NCBI RefSeq assembly: GCF_028641065.1
Contig: NC_073397.1
Coordinates: 26,350,001 to 26,414,000, forward strand
Direction of reading: 5' to 3'
DNA length: 64,000 bases
From: Leucoraja erinacea
Lineage: Eukaryota
The position numbers and the translations under genes were made by a program. Of this stretch, positions 10,715 to 23,689 are shown in pieces; the first letter of the stretch is position 1, and every line of letters starts with the position of its first letter. The notes below the pieces were generated by a model. That model was given only the letters and a program-made list of their open reading frames with translations. It was not told the origin of the DNA and did not search any database.

Positions 10715-10825
10715 ATATTGTTTACAGTGTACTATGTTTTCATATTCTGTTGTGCTGCAACAAGTAAGAATTGCATTGTTCTATATGGGACATATGACAA
10801 TAAAACACTCTTGACTCTTGACTTG
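10715..10825 (+). mobile_element. LINE-type 3' tail fragment (probably Rex1/Babar-like)
   Basis: GCTGCAACAAGTAAGAATTGCATTGTTC...GACAATAAAACA(CTCTTGA)n; homologous to 2595-2695. Confidence 0.6.
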
Positions 10826-11279
10826 GCGAAAATGTATCTGCCTTCCTGACTTAAAGAAGTGGGGAATGTTTTCCCTTGGAGAGGAATGTGTGAACAACCA
10901 GCTTTAAAATAAGGCACTTAGCTGTGGTATGTTTTCTGAATGACTTGAAGTGTTGCCTTTGGGGTATCCCCCTGAATGGACAGTTTATCTCTGTTACATG
11001 TGCTCCACTGGGTTTCAGTGGCTTTTGACTTTTAACTGGATATTCAAACAAATAGAAAACTTTCTCATCAATAATCAGAGGGATGATTAAGTGTTTGTGT
11101 GAGAAACATGGAAGATGTGCAAAAAAGTTACAGTAGATGCTGGTGATTTAAAATATTAAAAATACACAGCATGGAAGAAACCGTTTGCACAGAGGGAAAC
11201 AGATTTAATGTTTAAGGGCAATACCCTTTAAATTTGAATAAAAGATCATCCATTTGAAACTTTTTTTCTCCACCGCTGC

Positions 11280-11512
11280 GAGATTTTTCTGGTTTGCTGA
11301 GATTGTTGGCAAAGTAGTAAGAGCATCACAGCTAAGCATGTTGAAAAATGCGCTGCGACCTAGCTAAGGCCTCGAGTACATGGGGACTACTCTCAAGCAT
11401 GAAAGAGAGTTACAAAGACTTCCTAGGACCTTGTGTCGACCCTGCTACGAGTATGAGTCGAGGGCAAACTCTTTTAAACTTGCCAATTAGGTCGCCGCAG
11501 TGGGACAGACCC
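11280..11512. mobile_element. One end of a GGGCCTGTCCCAC-TIR DNA transposon
   Basis: Ends AGTGGGACAGACCC followed by TTAA; interior is a reverse-complement homologue of 45855-45970. Confidence 0.7.
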
Positions 11513-11900
11513 TTAAGGGAGTCCTCATCTGTCTTAAGTATTTATGCAGTTGGGAATTTTTGTAACAGCAACAGTTTCCTTTTACCAAAACCTTAATCTC
11601 AGGTGCTGAACTAATCTTGCTGGAGCAGCCTTGGCTTTGAGCCACTGTTGTGCCTGAGACCCTATAACATCCCAAGAGTTGCTTTTTTGAGCAGATTAGC
11701 CACAGACCCTTCATTCATATTATTTCTCAGCAGTACAGTCGGTGCCCATCCTTTAACCTCAAGCTGTTACCGACCATATAAGTGGACCATTCGAGAACAT
11801 AGATAAGGATTTTTCCCCTTCACTAAACTGTTTTACCCAACATGCAGTTTAATGTATGCACAATAACACCTAATCACAATAACACCCGAAAAAAGGCAAC

Positions 11901-12000
11901 ATCAGTCTGAAGAAGGGTTTTGGTCTGAAACTTTGCCTATTTCCTTCGCTCCACAGATGCTGCCTCACCCACTGAGTTTCTCCAGCATGTTTGTCTACTT
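11901..12000 (+). mobile_element. PLE pLTR fragment with degenerate hammerhead motif
   Basis: ATCAGTCTGAAGAAGGGTTTTGGTCTGAAAC...AGATGCTGCCTCACCCACTGAGTTTCTCCAGCA. Confidence 0.8.
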
Positions 12001-12517
12001 AATCATTCATTGGTCACCAAAAGAAGGCAAAGTATTGCAATGCTTTTCAAACACAGTTGCATCCCTGTTCATTCTTCCTAGATGTCCTGGGCCAAACATG
12101 TGTAAAATGGCCTGCTTTTTGGGGTGCACTTGAGCTTTTTGTCAACATACTGTGATCTATTCACCATTGACCTCCATTAAATTATTCCCCACTCGGCCCA
12201 CCTTTATATATTTCTAATGCCGTCATTATGTTGCTGTTAGTTCTGGTGGTCGAGGAAAGAGCACAGCAAGCATTGTCAATTTTTGATTTCGTTTTTTAAA
12301 ACTAAAGGAATTTTAATGCTGATAACCAATGATAAAAATGTGCTGAAAAATATCTATGTTTGGCTTAATGTTATTGGGAATAAACAAGTAGATTTTGTTT
12401 CAATCCAATATAGAATAAAGTTTGCAGTGTCTAGCCTGTGTAATGAGAGGGTTAAACGGAAAAGGACTAAGAAATAGGCCTTGAAATGTGGACCAGAAGT
12501 GTTTTATGAAGACATGC

Positions 12518-12801
12518 TTAGTTTTTTTTAGTTTAGAGATACAGCGCGGAAACAGGCCCTTCAGCCCACCGAGTCCGCAACGACCAGCGATCCCCACACA
12601 TTAATACTATCCTACTACTAGGGACAATTTACACATATACCAAGCCAATTAACCTACAAACCTGTACGTCTTTGGAGTGTGGGAGGATACCGAAGATGTC
12701 GGTCACGGGGAGACTGCACCCGTAGTCGGGATCGAACTCGGGTCTCAGGTGCTGCAAGTGCTGTAAGGCACCAACTCTACCGCTGCGCCACCATGCCGCC
12801 C
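12518..12801 (-). mobile_element. HE1-like V-SINE with internal deletion
   Basis: Tail, core and tRNA-like head all match the other copies. Confidence 0.9.
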
Positions 12802-14382
12802 AGATTTGTATGTTCAAGCCAATGCTACTCTTCCATTGTTGCCAGCCCATGGCCAAGTTGGCACCTCATCCCAAGAACAATTCAGTTACAAATGCTGGCA
12901 ATTAGCAATCTAAAACTCCTATTCTAAGATGCACGTTGAAACCTTCTCATCTACCAATGTGAGTCTAACTCCATTAGTGACATTGCACAAATGCAGCTGC
13001 ACTGGTTGATAAATTGAATCTCTCGCTAAGTGTTAACATGCCCTTGATTTTCGAAAACTAGGATTGCACTTTATGTATGGTTCTTACATTACATCTTAGT
13101 TTATACATTTGGAATGTGTGCCACTTTGAAGAATGATGCATTGAATTTGTGTGCAGTTCAGGCAATGGTAAAGAAAAAAGGATTTGTTAATGCTCACACA
13201 TGCCTACTTGATGTATTAGAATGGAACATTTTACCAAGTATTCTTAATGCAGGTGAAATAGGCCAATTACCATTATTCCTAATTACAAGGGCACTATCTG
13301 CAATCAGAGCATCAGGTAAGCAGCCTTCTGCCCTGCATCTTCTATTGATGCTCATTATATGTCCACTGGGAGGCCCGGGAGAAATATTTGGATGATTTAT
13401 GCATATACTTATACTTATTCCTTAAAAAGTGGTGTCCTTTGCTTACAGCTCTTGTGCCTGACAGTCCAGCATTGTGTGAAGGTTGAAAAAGTGCCCATTA
13501 GCTTTGTAACTTGTTAGGCATTTGCTTAGGAGAAAAATTATAATTGTTTCCCTTGCATTTGAGCTGGTTGACAGGTTGAAGATAATTGTAGATCTAAATG
13601 TCATCATCAGTTGGAGTCTATTCGAAATGCATCAGACTCTCAAATTTCCTTTGAATTGTTAAAAGTAGGATAAAATATATCATTGGTAATAGTACGGTGT
13701 CACAGTCAAGATTAGATGACATTGGTCTTTTGTACAAATAAAAGAGTGTCATTAACCCAGTACTGGTGATGCTGCAGTCTTTCTATCCACTGCACAGTTT
13801 AAAATGCTATGTGCAGTACCATACAATAATTCAGTATTCCCTCCATTGGTTCATTGAGATTAACCAGTGCTTGCTGACCTTAGCCAGGGCAAGGACAGAT
13901 GTAATGTTTAGCCTTGGTAATTTTGGACGGTAGACAAGTCAGATTCACATTCTGTGTGCAGGGATCTCTGCTGGATTGACTTGTTTGTAAAACTGGGTAA
14001 GACAAGATCAGGCTTGTCTGTAGTATTCCCGGCAGAGATTGTCAGCAACTATTGTCAAGGGTTATTGATGTGCAGAAGACACTTGATTCAGAAGACCAGC
14101 AATGGATGGAAAATCACATTTGCCATTTTAGCTTGAGTTCGCAATTGGTGCTTCCAATAAAGCACATATTGGGAAAGCGATTATTTTTTTAAATCACACC
14201 TGAAATAGGGTTGGTTTTAAAAATATTTATTTTTAAAAGGGCCCCTCCACTTGCAGCAAAATATGTGTCCCTGAAAATGAGTAATTACATTTTGTGATTG
14301 AACTGTGCTCACTGAGTGTAGCCTCATGCTATGTATGGTAGTTTATGACAAGCATCAGTGCAAACCAGCCTGTGCTGCAAAT

Positions 14383-14622
14383 AGACAATAGACAATAAAC
14401 AGTAGGTGCAGGAGCAGGCCATTTGGCCCTTCGAGCCAGCACCGCCATTCAATGTGATTATTGCTGATCATTCCCAATCAGTACCCCGTTCCTGCCTTCT
14501 CCCCATATCCCCTGACTCCGCTATTTTTAAGAGCCCTATCTAGCTCTCTCTCTTAAAAACATCCAGAGAACCTGCCTCCACCGCCCTCTGAGGCAGAGAA
14601 TTCCACAGATTCACAATTCTCT
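14383..14622 (-). mobile_element. CR1 3' end, (TATTGTC)n-tail family
   Basis: Reverse complement of the 3' end of the CR1 at 60996-61625. Confidence 0.88.
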
Positions 14623-14699
14623 TGGTAACAAACCCAATACTTTACCCTTTAACGTTCCCTTTAACGGGTGCGATGGGAGGAAGTTAGAACAGTATTTTT

Positions 14700-16210
14700 A
14701 CACTGACAATTCTGTAAATACTCAACAGGTCAAACAGCAATTGTGGAGCAAGAAGCAGAGTCAGTGATCTTTCATCAGCATTGGAGAGCATTGGCGATGA
14801 AATAGGTTCTCAGCAAGGACAGAGTAGCAATGTTACAAAATTTTGAGATTTAAAAAATCAAGTCTGCAATTTATCCCATCAGATAAAGCATAACGATAAG
14901 TTTAATTTGACACCTAATTCACTTTCATATCTCAAGTAATAAAAAGGTTATGGCCATTTTCATACTTGGAAATTAGCATCTTGTTCCCTATTGATTTTCT
15001 ATGGACATAACAAAAAAGCTGTGATCGTGGACAGTCAAAAGCCCATAACCTTCTTAAAAATTAAGAGAACTGAATGAAATTTTCAGTTATCATAGATTGA
15101 AGCATTCTGAAACAAATATAAAATAATCTTACTTGGATGACCTGAAATTAAAGCATATAATTAGTTAGTTACCCAATTGTAGCTAATTTCAATCTTCAAT
15201 TACTAGATCTAAACATCTATCCATTTCTTAATAAATGATTAACATTTTTAAATAGCCCAAGTGTCCAAATAATATTCACAAATAATTCACAATAAAACAT
15301 GATTTTTAAATCTCATTTACATCAATTTATAGGCCAAATGGAAGGAATTTAGTGTTTAATTGCTGTAAATTAAAGTCAATTTAAATCAGCTTTCTAGTGG
15401 GTTCCTGTGAACGCGCTGGTTTAGAACGTTCACATTGCGCTGGATTTGTGCCCTCAAATGCCCAGAAAAATACTGCGGGATATAAAGAGCCCAAAATGAA
15501 CTACTCGCTATAGAAAACTTTATATACAGGGTTATATACAAGCCCCATTTAATGTAAAAATAAGGTACATACCTTTAATTGTTTGCTTTATAAAACCCTG
15601 GGGCTGCGAGAGGTTGCGGGTTGAGAGAGTGATTTTTAAACTACTATAACTATTATACAAGGCCATAAAAACTAATAATACCTTTTGCGACGGGGTCTTT
15701 CAGCGATTTTCCGTTAATGATTTACTAGGCTGAACATTTTCGATTGCAACAGCCTAGTAAAAATCGCGTTTTAAACCCGCCCCCTCTAAACAGCGCCAAA
15801 ATCGCGCACACGGGGTAGGGCAGATGCTCAGCCACGATTCAGGCAGGTTTTGTAACATACCTAGACAGAGTTGGGGAAAATTGGCAGGGAAGAAAAGAAT
15901 GAAAGGGTTTTATGACAGGATGAATTTCAGCTTTAGATTTAGTGATAAAATAGGTGGCAGTACAATAGTGAGATTGTGGAACAAACAAAAATGATAGAAA
16001 AGATGTGTCAAGAGAAGGCGTAAGTGGGAATATCGGAATGATTATCTGAAATTATTTACCTGTTGTGGTGAATCAGAAGCAATAACCTGCCTGCTTGGAA
16101 GGTAAGATTGCACACCTTGAGTTTACATTGAGCTTCGCTGGAACATATTAAGAGGCTGAAGATTAAGGTGCTATTGGTAGTGCAGTTGGGATTTTGACAG
16201 GAAATTGGAA
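14700..16210 (-). mobile_element. Old Penelope-like 3' fragment interrupted by a DNA transposon
   Basis: Decayed pLTR (TTCATCAG = CTGATGAA on minus) at ~14710-14780; GIY-YIG C-terminal-like sequence at ~16040-16170. Confidence 0.5.
14825..15863. mobile_element. Non-autonomous TIR DNA transposon, 1039 bp, hAT-like
   Basis: TIRs TAGCAATGTTACAAAA / TTTTGTAACATACCTA (14/16), flanked by direct repeat GACAGAG (14818-14824 / 15864-15870). Confidence 0.85.
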
Positions 16211-16792
16211 ATTGTACAATGATGACTTAATGTGCATTTGCATTCCACCTCACACAATACCCACCTTTCCCTCTTTGCCAACAACCGACAGTGGAGACCG
16301 TATCATGAGCATCATGCATTCTGTGCTAAGTGGGACATAGTACTAGTACATCGCTTTCCATCCAGGTGCAGTTTTTGGAAAAGAAAATTATAGAAGGACT
16401 GGTGTTCCCACCCCAATTTCCCATGCAAATCCTAAAATAATATGCAATGTATGTGTTATACATTGGAAACCTTGATACCATAGTTGATTGTGTTGAAGAT
16501 AGTTAATTGGATTTATTATTATAATGTTGCCAGAAGCTAATACATAATTCTAACACAATTTGTTACCTTCGGCGAATGATGGTTTTGTCGTAAAGTTGCT
16601 GGTGTATATTAGTTGTTTTCTAACAATTGCAACAACTAATTTCATTGATCTGATACCAATAATTATGTTGTGTAGCATCTTTAATCAATATTCCTTAATT
16701 TTAACTGAAGTTTGTCGCAGACCCTCAGGTGTAAACCACAGAGTACACCGTTCATTGCCTATTGATGTTTAAGAACTCCGAATAAGAAATGA

Positions 16793-17040
16793 GGGGTGGC
16801 ACAGCGGTGGAGTTTCTGCCTCACAGCGCAAGAGACCAGAATACGATCCTGACTACGGGTGTTTGTCTGTATGGAGTTTGTATGATCTCCCCGTGTCCAC
16901 GTGGGTTTTCCCCGGGTGCTCCGGTTTCCTCCCACACTCCAAAGACGTGCAGGTTTGTAAGTTAATTGGCTTTGGTAAAAATTGTAAATTGTCCCTGGTA
17001 TGTAGGATACTGCTGGTGTACGGGGATCGCTGATCGGCCA
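16793..17040 (+). mobile_element. HE1-like V-SINE, 3'-truncated
   Basis: Head GGGGTGGCACAGCGGTGGAG and V-domain CTCCCCGTGTCCACGTGGGTTTTCCCGGGTGCTCCGGTTTCCTCCCACAC. Confidence 0.9.
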
Positions 17041-17759
17041 TTTTCTTTGTTTGGGATAGTGAATATTCTATCAAATGACACCCACATGCATGATCTTTTT
17101 TAATAAAACCATATGTAGTTTTTGAGTAAACGTATTAACATTTTCAACAATTTTTGAACTAAGAAAATACTTTTTATTTGAATTATGTCCTAGCCATTTG
17201 TAGAATTTTAAAAGAATAAATATTTGCCAAGTGGTTTTGCATTTTGTCGTAGGCTGTGTTGAAATAAAAGGTAATGAATTTATTGTGCCTAACATCCTAA
17301 CCGTATTAATATTTTCAAACCTCCTGTATGATAAGGAGCCTAGAAATTGAACTGCATAGCAATTGCTTTTTGGGCACTAGCCATGCAAAACCTGACTTCA
17401 AGCAGAATAGTACACTTGGAACATTTTATCAACCAAGAAAATGTTTTAATTATTAACAGGAACTTTGCATCAATGATGTGATTGGTACTTATTAAAACTT
17501 CTTAACCATAAATGAAAGGAGTACTCCGTAATTTATCTCATCTCTCACAGTAAATCTCAGTATCTCTCAGTAAATAGCATCTATACGATCAATGACGTAG
17601 AGCTCAATGTTATGACCGTCAAAGGAGTGCACGTATGATCTCCCTCCTGGCGCCTATCTTATTTAAAATAACTTGTATGTCTCTGTGAATTAGTGTGGGA
17701 GCTTTCTCCATCTCCCCAGTTGCCACTTTCTCCCCCTTGGTTCGGACAATCATAATGAA

Positions 17760-18445
17760 TGGCAGGGTCTTGGGGAACAAAGAGACCTTGGTGTAGTAGT
17801 CTCAAGATCCCTGAAGATGGCAGCAGGAGTAGATAAGATGGTGCAGAAGGCATATGAGATGCCTATCATCATTGGTTAAGGCATGGGGAATAAGAACAAC
17901 ATGCACATTATAAAACATAGATTAAGCCACAGTTGGAATATTGTTTGCACTGCTGGCCACTAAACTCTGGGAAGGACATACTTGCAGTGGAGAGGATGTT
18001 GACGAGGTTTGCCAAGATGTTACCTAGGGTGGAATGTTTCAATCATAAGGAGAGACTAAAAAGACTGGGTTTGTTTTTCTTGAGGGAGAGTGGTAAAGCT
18101 GTAAGTAAATAAATTGTGAGTGTCATGGATTGAGCAGAGAGGGAGAAACCTGTCCACATGGCAGAGTCATCTACATACAGAGAGAAGATAAGTTTAAGGA
18201 TAGGAGTAAGAGGCTGAGAGGGGATCAAAGGAAGAGTTTTAATTTCATTCAAGGGTGGGTTGTCATCTGGAATGCACTTGCTGGGAACTTGGTGAAGAAG
18301 GTTAATCTCACAACATTTAAGTAGCCTGTGAATGAGCACTTGAACTGCCAAGCAATACTAGTCTACGCATCAATTGCTGGTAAATGGGATTAGTATAGAT
18401 ATGTGCCTGATAAATGAATTAAAGGCCTGATTCTGTGTGGTGCTG
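17760..18445 (+). mobile_element. Decayed CR1 LINE 3' portion
   Basis: Remnants of RDLGV, PQLEYC, LPRVE..YKERLKRLGLF, VVIWNAL and a CR1 3' UTR. Confidence 0.8.
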
Positions 18446-18727
18446 CTGTTGGTCTCCCATGGGAGTATGCCTTTAACGCAGATATACCTTGCTGATACTT
18501 TGCAAAGCAAGTGCCAGTAACTGTTAAATTAAGCCGTGCACCGTGGAGATGCATACATTTTACCTCAGTTTTTAATTGTGGGTGTAACTTAATATTTTTT
18601 CACTTTGAATCTGGGTCAATTTGTTTTTCATGGAAGACCAATAATGACATTGGTGCTAAATGAAATTATGCAAAACGAATAGCTGCAATCCTGTTTCTGG
18701 GTGAAGGTAAAGATTCTGAATACAACA

Positions 18728-19015
18728 GGGGCGGCACAGTCGCGCAGTGGTAGAATAGCTGCCTTATGACGCTAGAGACCCTGGTTCGATCCTTACTACG
18801 GATGCCATCTGTATGGAGTTTTTACGTTCTCCTGATGACCTGCGTGAGTTTTCTCCTGGGACTCCAGTTTCTGCCCGAAATCCAAAGACATACAGGTTTG
18901 TAGGTTAATTGGCTGGGTTTAATTGTCAACTGTTCCTAGTGTTTGGAGGATAGTGTTACTGTGCGGGGATCACTGGTTGGAGTGGACTTGGTGGGCCAAA
19001 GGGCCTGTTTCTGCG
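18728..19015 (+). mobile_element. HE1-like V-SINE
   Basis: A-box-like GTCGCGCAGTGG, B box GGTTCGATCC (~18783), V-domain and CR1-like tail. Confidence 0.9.
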
Positions 19016-19596
19016 ATTTGTCGTTTGTGGAGTATCCATGCTAGAATAACACTTTTGAGAATGTGTTTCTTTCTTGCCCTCCTCCCCACTTATGTGTTTG
19101 GTACAAGTCTTTCTGTGTTGTTTGGTTAATGGTTATTTTAGAGTGGAGATAATATCCAATGTTAACCGGTTGTATACCTTATTTCTAAGTTAAAAGATGG
19201 TGTAACACTTTTCTGATAGAAATCTGGTAACTTGTTATAAAAATTTGTTAGAATATCAACAGAATAAAAGCCCGCTGATACTTGCATTGATACTTCTTAA
19301 GCAGTACTTTGCACTTATCAATCTGCCATTCCTTAGTTCACTTTCCCAGTTGATCAAGATCCTCTGGTAATCTTAAACAAACTCCTTCACTACCCACTAT
19401 GTTAGAACCAACAGGTATCACTGAGAAGTGTGGTTTCTAGTGGTTTCCAGTGCTGAGCTGTACAGCTGAGAGATCATCCACCAGCCCTTAAAGACACAAG
19501 TGCACTCTTCTGGCTACTTGACAATGAGAGCACTAGGGATTCCTGAGGATAGGAACTTTGTTTCTCACTTTACTAAGAGGGTCATAGTGTATTTCA

Positions 19597-19695
19597 AGTC
19601 TGAAGAAGGGTTCCAACCCAAAAAGTCATCCATCCTGTTCTTCCAGAGATGTTGCCTGACCCACTGAGGTACTCCAGCGCATTGTATCCATCTTT
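19597..19695 (+). mobile_element. PLE pLTR fragment with degenerate hammerhead motif
   Basis: CTGAAGAAGGGTTCCAACCC-AAAAAGTC...CCAGAGATGTTGCCTGACCCACTGAG. Confidence 0.75.
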
Positions 19696-19800
19696 AGCTG
19701 GTCGGTGACATCTCTTATAAGAGGGATGTTCAGGGTGGCCACTCAGATTCCCCTGAGCCAATGCCAGTGCTGCTGGCAAGGAGTTATCACAGGAGTCTCT

Positions 19801-21012
19801 GTGCACATTGTCAGATTTTAATAAAGGCCATTTTTATGCATTTTGGTTTCACCATGTAGAAATGACAGCAGTGTTTATACATAGTCCCCCCATTTCAGGG
19901 CACCATAATGTTTGGGACACATGGCTTCACAGGTGTTTGTAATTGCTCAGGTGCGTAATAATTGCCTCCATAATGCAGGTATAAGAAGATAGCTCTCAGC
20001 ACCTAGTCGTTCCTCCAGTCTTTCCACCACCTTTGGAAACCTTTATTGCTGTTTATCAACATGAGGACCAACGTTGTGCCAATGAAAGTCAAAGAAGCCA
20101 TTATGAGTCTGAGAAACAAGAATAAAACTGTTAGGTACATCGACCAAACCTTAGGCTTACCCAAATCAACTGTTTGGAACATCATTATGAAGAAAGAGAG
20201 CACTGGTGAGCTTACTAATTGCAAAGGGACTGGCAGGCCAAGGAAGAGCTCCACAGCTGATGAAAGAAAAATGCTCTCTATAATAAAGAAAAATCCCCAA
20301 ACACGTCTCCGTCAGATCAGAAACACTCTTCAGGAGTCAGGTGTGGATTTGTCAATGACCACTATCCGCAGAAGACTTCATGAACAGAAATACAGAGGCT
20401 GCACTGCAAGATGCAAACCACTGGTTCGCCACAAAAATAGGATGACTGTTCATTCTACAGCAAGACGATGATCCTAAACATACTGCTAAATCAACAAAGG
20501 AGTTTTTCAAAGCTAAAAAATGTCAATTCTTGAGTGGCCAAGTCAATCACCTGATCTGAACCCAATTCAGCTTGCCTTTTATATAATGAAGAGAAAACTG
20601 AAGGGGACTAGCCCCCTAAACAGGCATAAACTAAAGGTGGCTGCAATACAGGCCTGGCAGAGCATCACCAAAGAAGACACCCAGCAATTGGTGATGTCCA
20701 TGAATCACAGACTTCAAGCAGTCACTGCATTCAAAGGATATGCAACAAAATACTAAACATGACTACTTTCATTTACATGACATTGCTGTGTCCCAAACAT
20801 AATGGTGCCCTGAAATTGAGGGACTATGTATAAACACTGCTGTCATTTCTACATGATGAACCCAAAATGTATAAAAATTGCCCTTATTAAAATCTGGCAA
20901 TGTGCACTTTAACCACATGTGAGTTATTTTCTTTTACGAATCTCAAATTGTAGAGTACAGAGGCAAATAAATAAATGATGGGTCTTTGTCCCAAACATTC
21001 TGGAGGGCACTG
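19801..21012 (+). mobile_element. Tc1 (DD34E, IR/DR-type) transposon, internally deleted, outer left TIR lost
   Basis: HTH region MRTNVVPMKVKEAIM...GRPRK; FILQQDDDPKHT and WPSQSPDLNPIQ with 34-residue spacing after correcting one frameshift; right TIR ends GGAGGGCACTG; same family as 57126-58806. Confidence 0.93.
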
Positions 21013-21537
21013 CAAGTCCATGTTTACATTTATATGATATGAATGTGCAAATAATATGACTCCCAATAGTCCAAGTGCAAATGATCATACAATATGCAAT
21101 TGTTAGAGCAAGAGGATAGCTACACCGTTGTCTTTGTGTACGTATGTGCTTGGTTCATTCCACTTAAGTTGATTCTAATGGCAGCCAATTAATGGAAGAT
21201 AATTTTTATGAATTATTTTAGGGATAGGGATAATAGTCAATTAGGTTTCTGGTGACTGATAATTTGCTAAATTACTTTTCTCCCTTTTTGTCGTTTTTTC
21301 ACTAAGAGGAAAAATAAACCCTTCTACATTGGAGAGTCCCACTGTCAAGCAACATGAAGAATGGAGATTTTGGCTGTGCATGCTCATCTCACTTAGACAA
21401 ATAGATGGAAGCACTTCCCATTTTGTGTAGTCTAATTTTCTGGAAGTTCATTAAGGCTGAGGTCTTGGAAATCTATTCTCAAACCTAGTATTGGAGGTAT
21501 AAATCATTTGTAAACCTGCATTTTACAGTGTGAACAA

Positions 21538-21850
21538 TTTTAGTTTAGTTTAGTTTGGATGCGCAGCGCGGAAACAGGCCTTTCGGCCCTCTGGGTCTGC
21601 GTCGATCAGCGATCACCGCATATCCTACACACACTAGGGACAATTTTTACATTTACCAAGCCAATTAACCTACAAACCTCTACGTCTTTGGAATGTGGGA
21701 GGAAACCAAAGATCTCGGAGAAAACCCACGCAGGTCATGGGGAGAACGTACAAACTCCATACAGACAGCACTCGTAGTCAGGATCGAATCCGGGCTAGAA
21801 CGCTGCAAACGCTGTAAGGCAGCAACTCTACCGCTGCCTCACCGTGCCGC
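21538..21850 (-). mobile_element. HE1-like V-SINE, full length
   Basis: (TTTAG)n tail through CACCGTGCCGC head. Confidence 0.92.
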
Positions 21851-22413
21851 ACATCTCCACCTTAATTAAATAAACTGATGCTCAAACGCAGCATTATGGT
21901 GTTTTTTTGCTAATCTATCACTGTATGGAAAATCCAGGCCTTGCTATCTAACTTTTTCCTACAGTTTTGTCAAATCCCCTGGCTGTATATCCTTAATTGT
22001 ACTATTCAGAAGTCTACAGGCTGGCTTGTAATAATAGACTGGCCCTCGGGTGCCTCCATTTCATAGGTAAGGTGGTGTGAGCTTTTTCAGCCCTAATGTG
22101 AGACAACTGGGATGCCACAGCTGTCATTCGTGTGTTTAAAATTCTTGTTTTCGCTAATTTTAGCCCCAAAAACAGGATTAATGACATTCATTATCAGTGA
22201 CATGAACAGAGATGGGAGATGCAACTTTCCTTTCCATTAGAAGGTGAATAATGTTATCAACACATAATTAAAGTATAAATTGGAGCCTGTAGCTAATTTA
22301 TCATTCATAGTTGCAAAACATTCTTGCCCAAAAATCTATTTTGTTGAAGGTCGAGGGTGTGGAATGTTATTGTTTAGAAACATTTGAAGACTGGTAGAAT
22401 TTGACTGATTATA

Positions 22414-22737
22414 TGATTGATTGAAAGCATGGAAATAAGGCTTTCAGCCCACCAAGACCCCACACCGACCATCCATCACCTGCCCCCACCAGTTCCATGT
22501 TATTCCATTTTCTCATGTACCCCTGATACACCAGCGGCATTTACAGAGGACAATTAACTGACAAACCCGCACATCCTTGGGATGTATGAGGAAACCGAGG
22601 CACCAAGAGGAAAGTTGCACGGTCATGGCAAACTCAATGTGCAAACTCAATGCAGACAGCACCCAAGGTCAGGATCGAACCCAGGACTCTGGCATTGTGA
22701 GACAGTGGCTCTACCGGCTGCGCCACTGTGCCGCCCC
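22414..22737 (-). mobile_element. HE1-like V-SINE, variant subfamily
   Basis: (GATT)n tail, GTCAGGATCGAACCC, GCGCCACTGTGCCGCCCC. Confidence 0.85.
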
Positions 22738-23689
22738 ACTAGGGGGAGGGATTTCAGGCTACTGTACTGAAAGATCTCTTTTCTATCTTCACTCTAAATG
22801 GACAAGCTGGCTTACACCTTTTGCCAATACATTACTTTCATACATTATGAAAAGCTACTTCCTCATTAATCTCCATTCTTCATGCCATTTGACAATGAGA
22901 CTATTAAGTTATTTAGAATGTTCAATTTCTGTTCAAATTTAATTATACTGTCTAATTGTCTTCATTGTATGTTGCATTCAATTATTTATATGCTAACATC
23001 TTTAAGTAAATAATACTGATATCCATCCTGTTACTTATTATTAAATATCATTGTGCATGATGACATCAATTAAATTGTCCATTATTATCCTTGCCAAGCT
23101 GGGGCACTATACTCCATGTACATGCCATCTGCCTTGGCTTAAAATATTGAAGCATTTTTCCCTGCAGTTCCAGGGATATATTTGTCATTCACATTGATTC
23201 TCGCCAAGAACTATTTCAATGATCCACTGATCGAATGTACGTTAGGATGGGAAAGGGACCCGTGTGGAAAGAACCTGAACTGATAAACCTTGTCTGTCTC
23301 TTCAACCAGTGCATCAAGGATGCACCAGTTCAACCAGTGCATCATTTTAAAACTAAATTGAGATTCTTATTCTGGATTGTCAGCATTGGCACTTAGATTT
23401 TGTGGAATATTAATTCTGGGACATGTTGCTATACTTCCATGCTTATAAAGACAAACGTCTCAGCACCTCTGACGAAGTTTGATGTGATCTATGATTGAAA
23501 AATGCTTAGGATTCAGAACTGTATGAATTGTTTTAAAAGAGTAAAATTAATAGCAGTGAGGGAACAACTAAAGAAAAAAGACTCAGGGACATTGTTCATC
23601 AAGAAGACAAATGGAAAGACATTAAAGAAATGAAGTGAACAAGTAGAGTGAAATCATTCTCAAAACCAACAAGATTCTAAATAAATGTT

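Noticed and set aside
18728-18800. tRNA-like A/B boxes
   Set aside because: SINE heads, not tRNA genes; no cloverleaf, and they are followed by a V-domain.
22736-22749. CCACTAGGGGGAGG, CTCF-like motif
   Set aside because: Mismatch at a strongly conserved position, and formed at a SINE junction.
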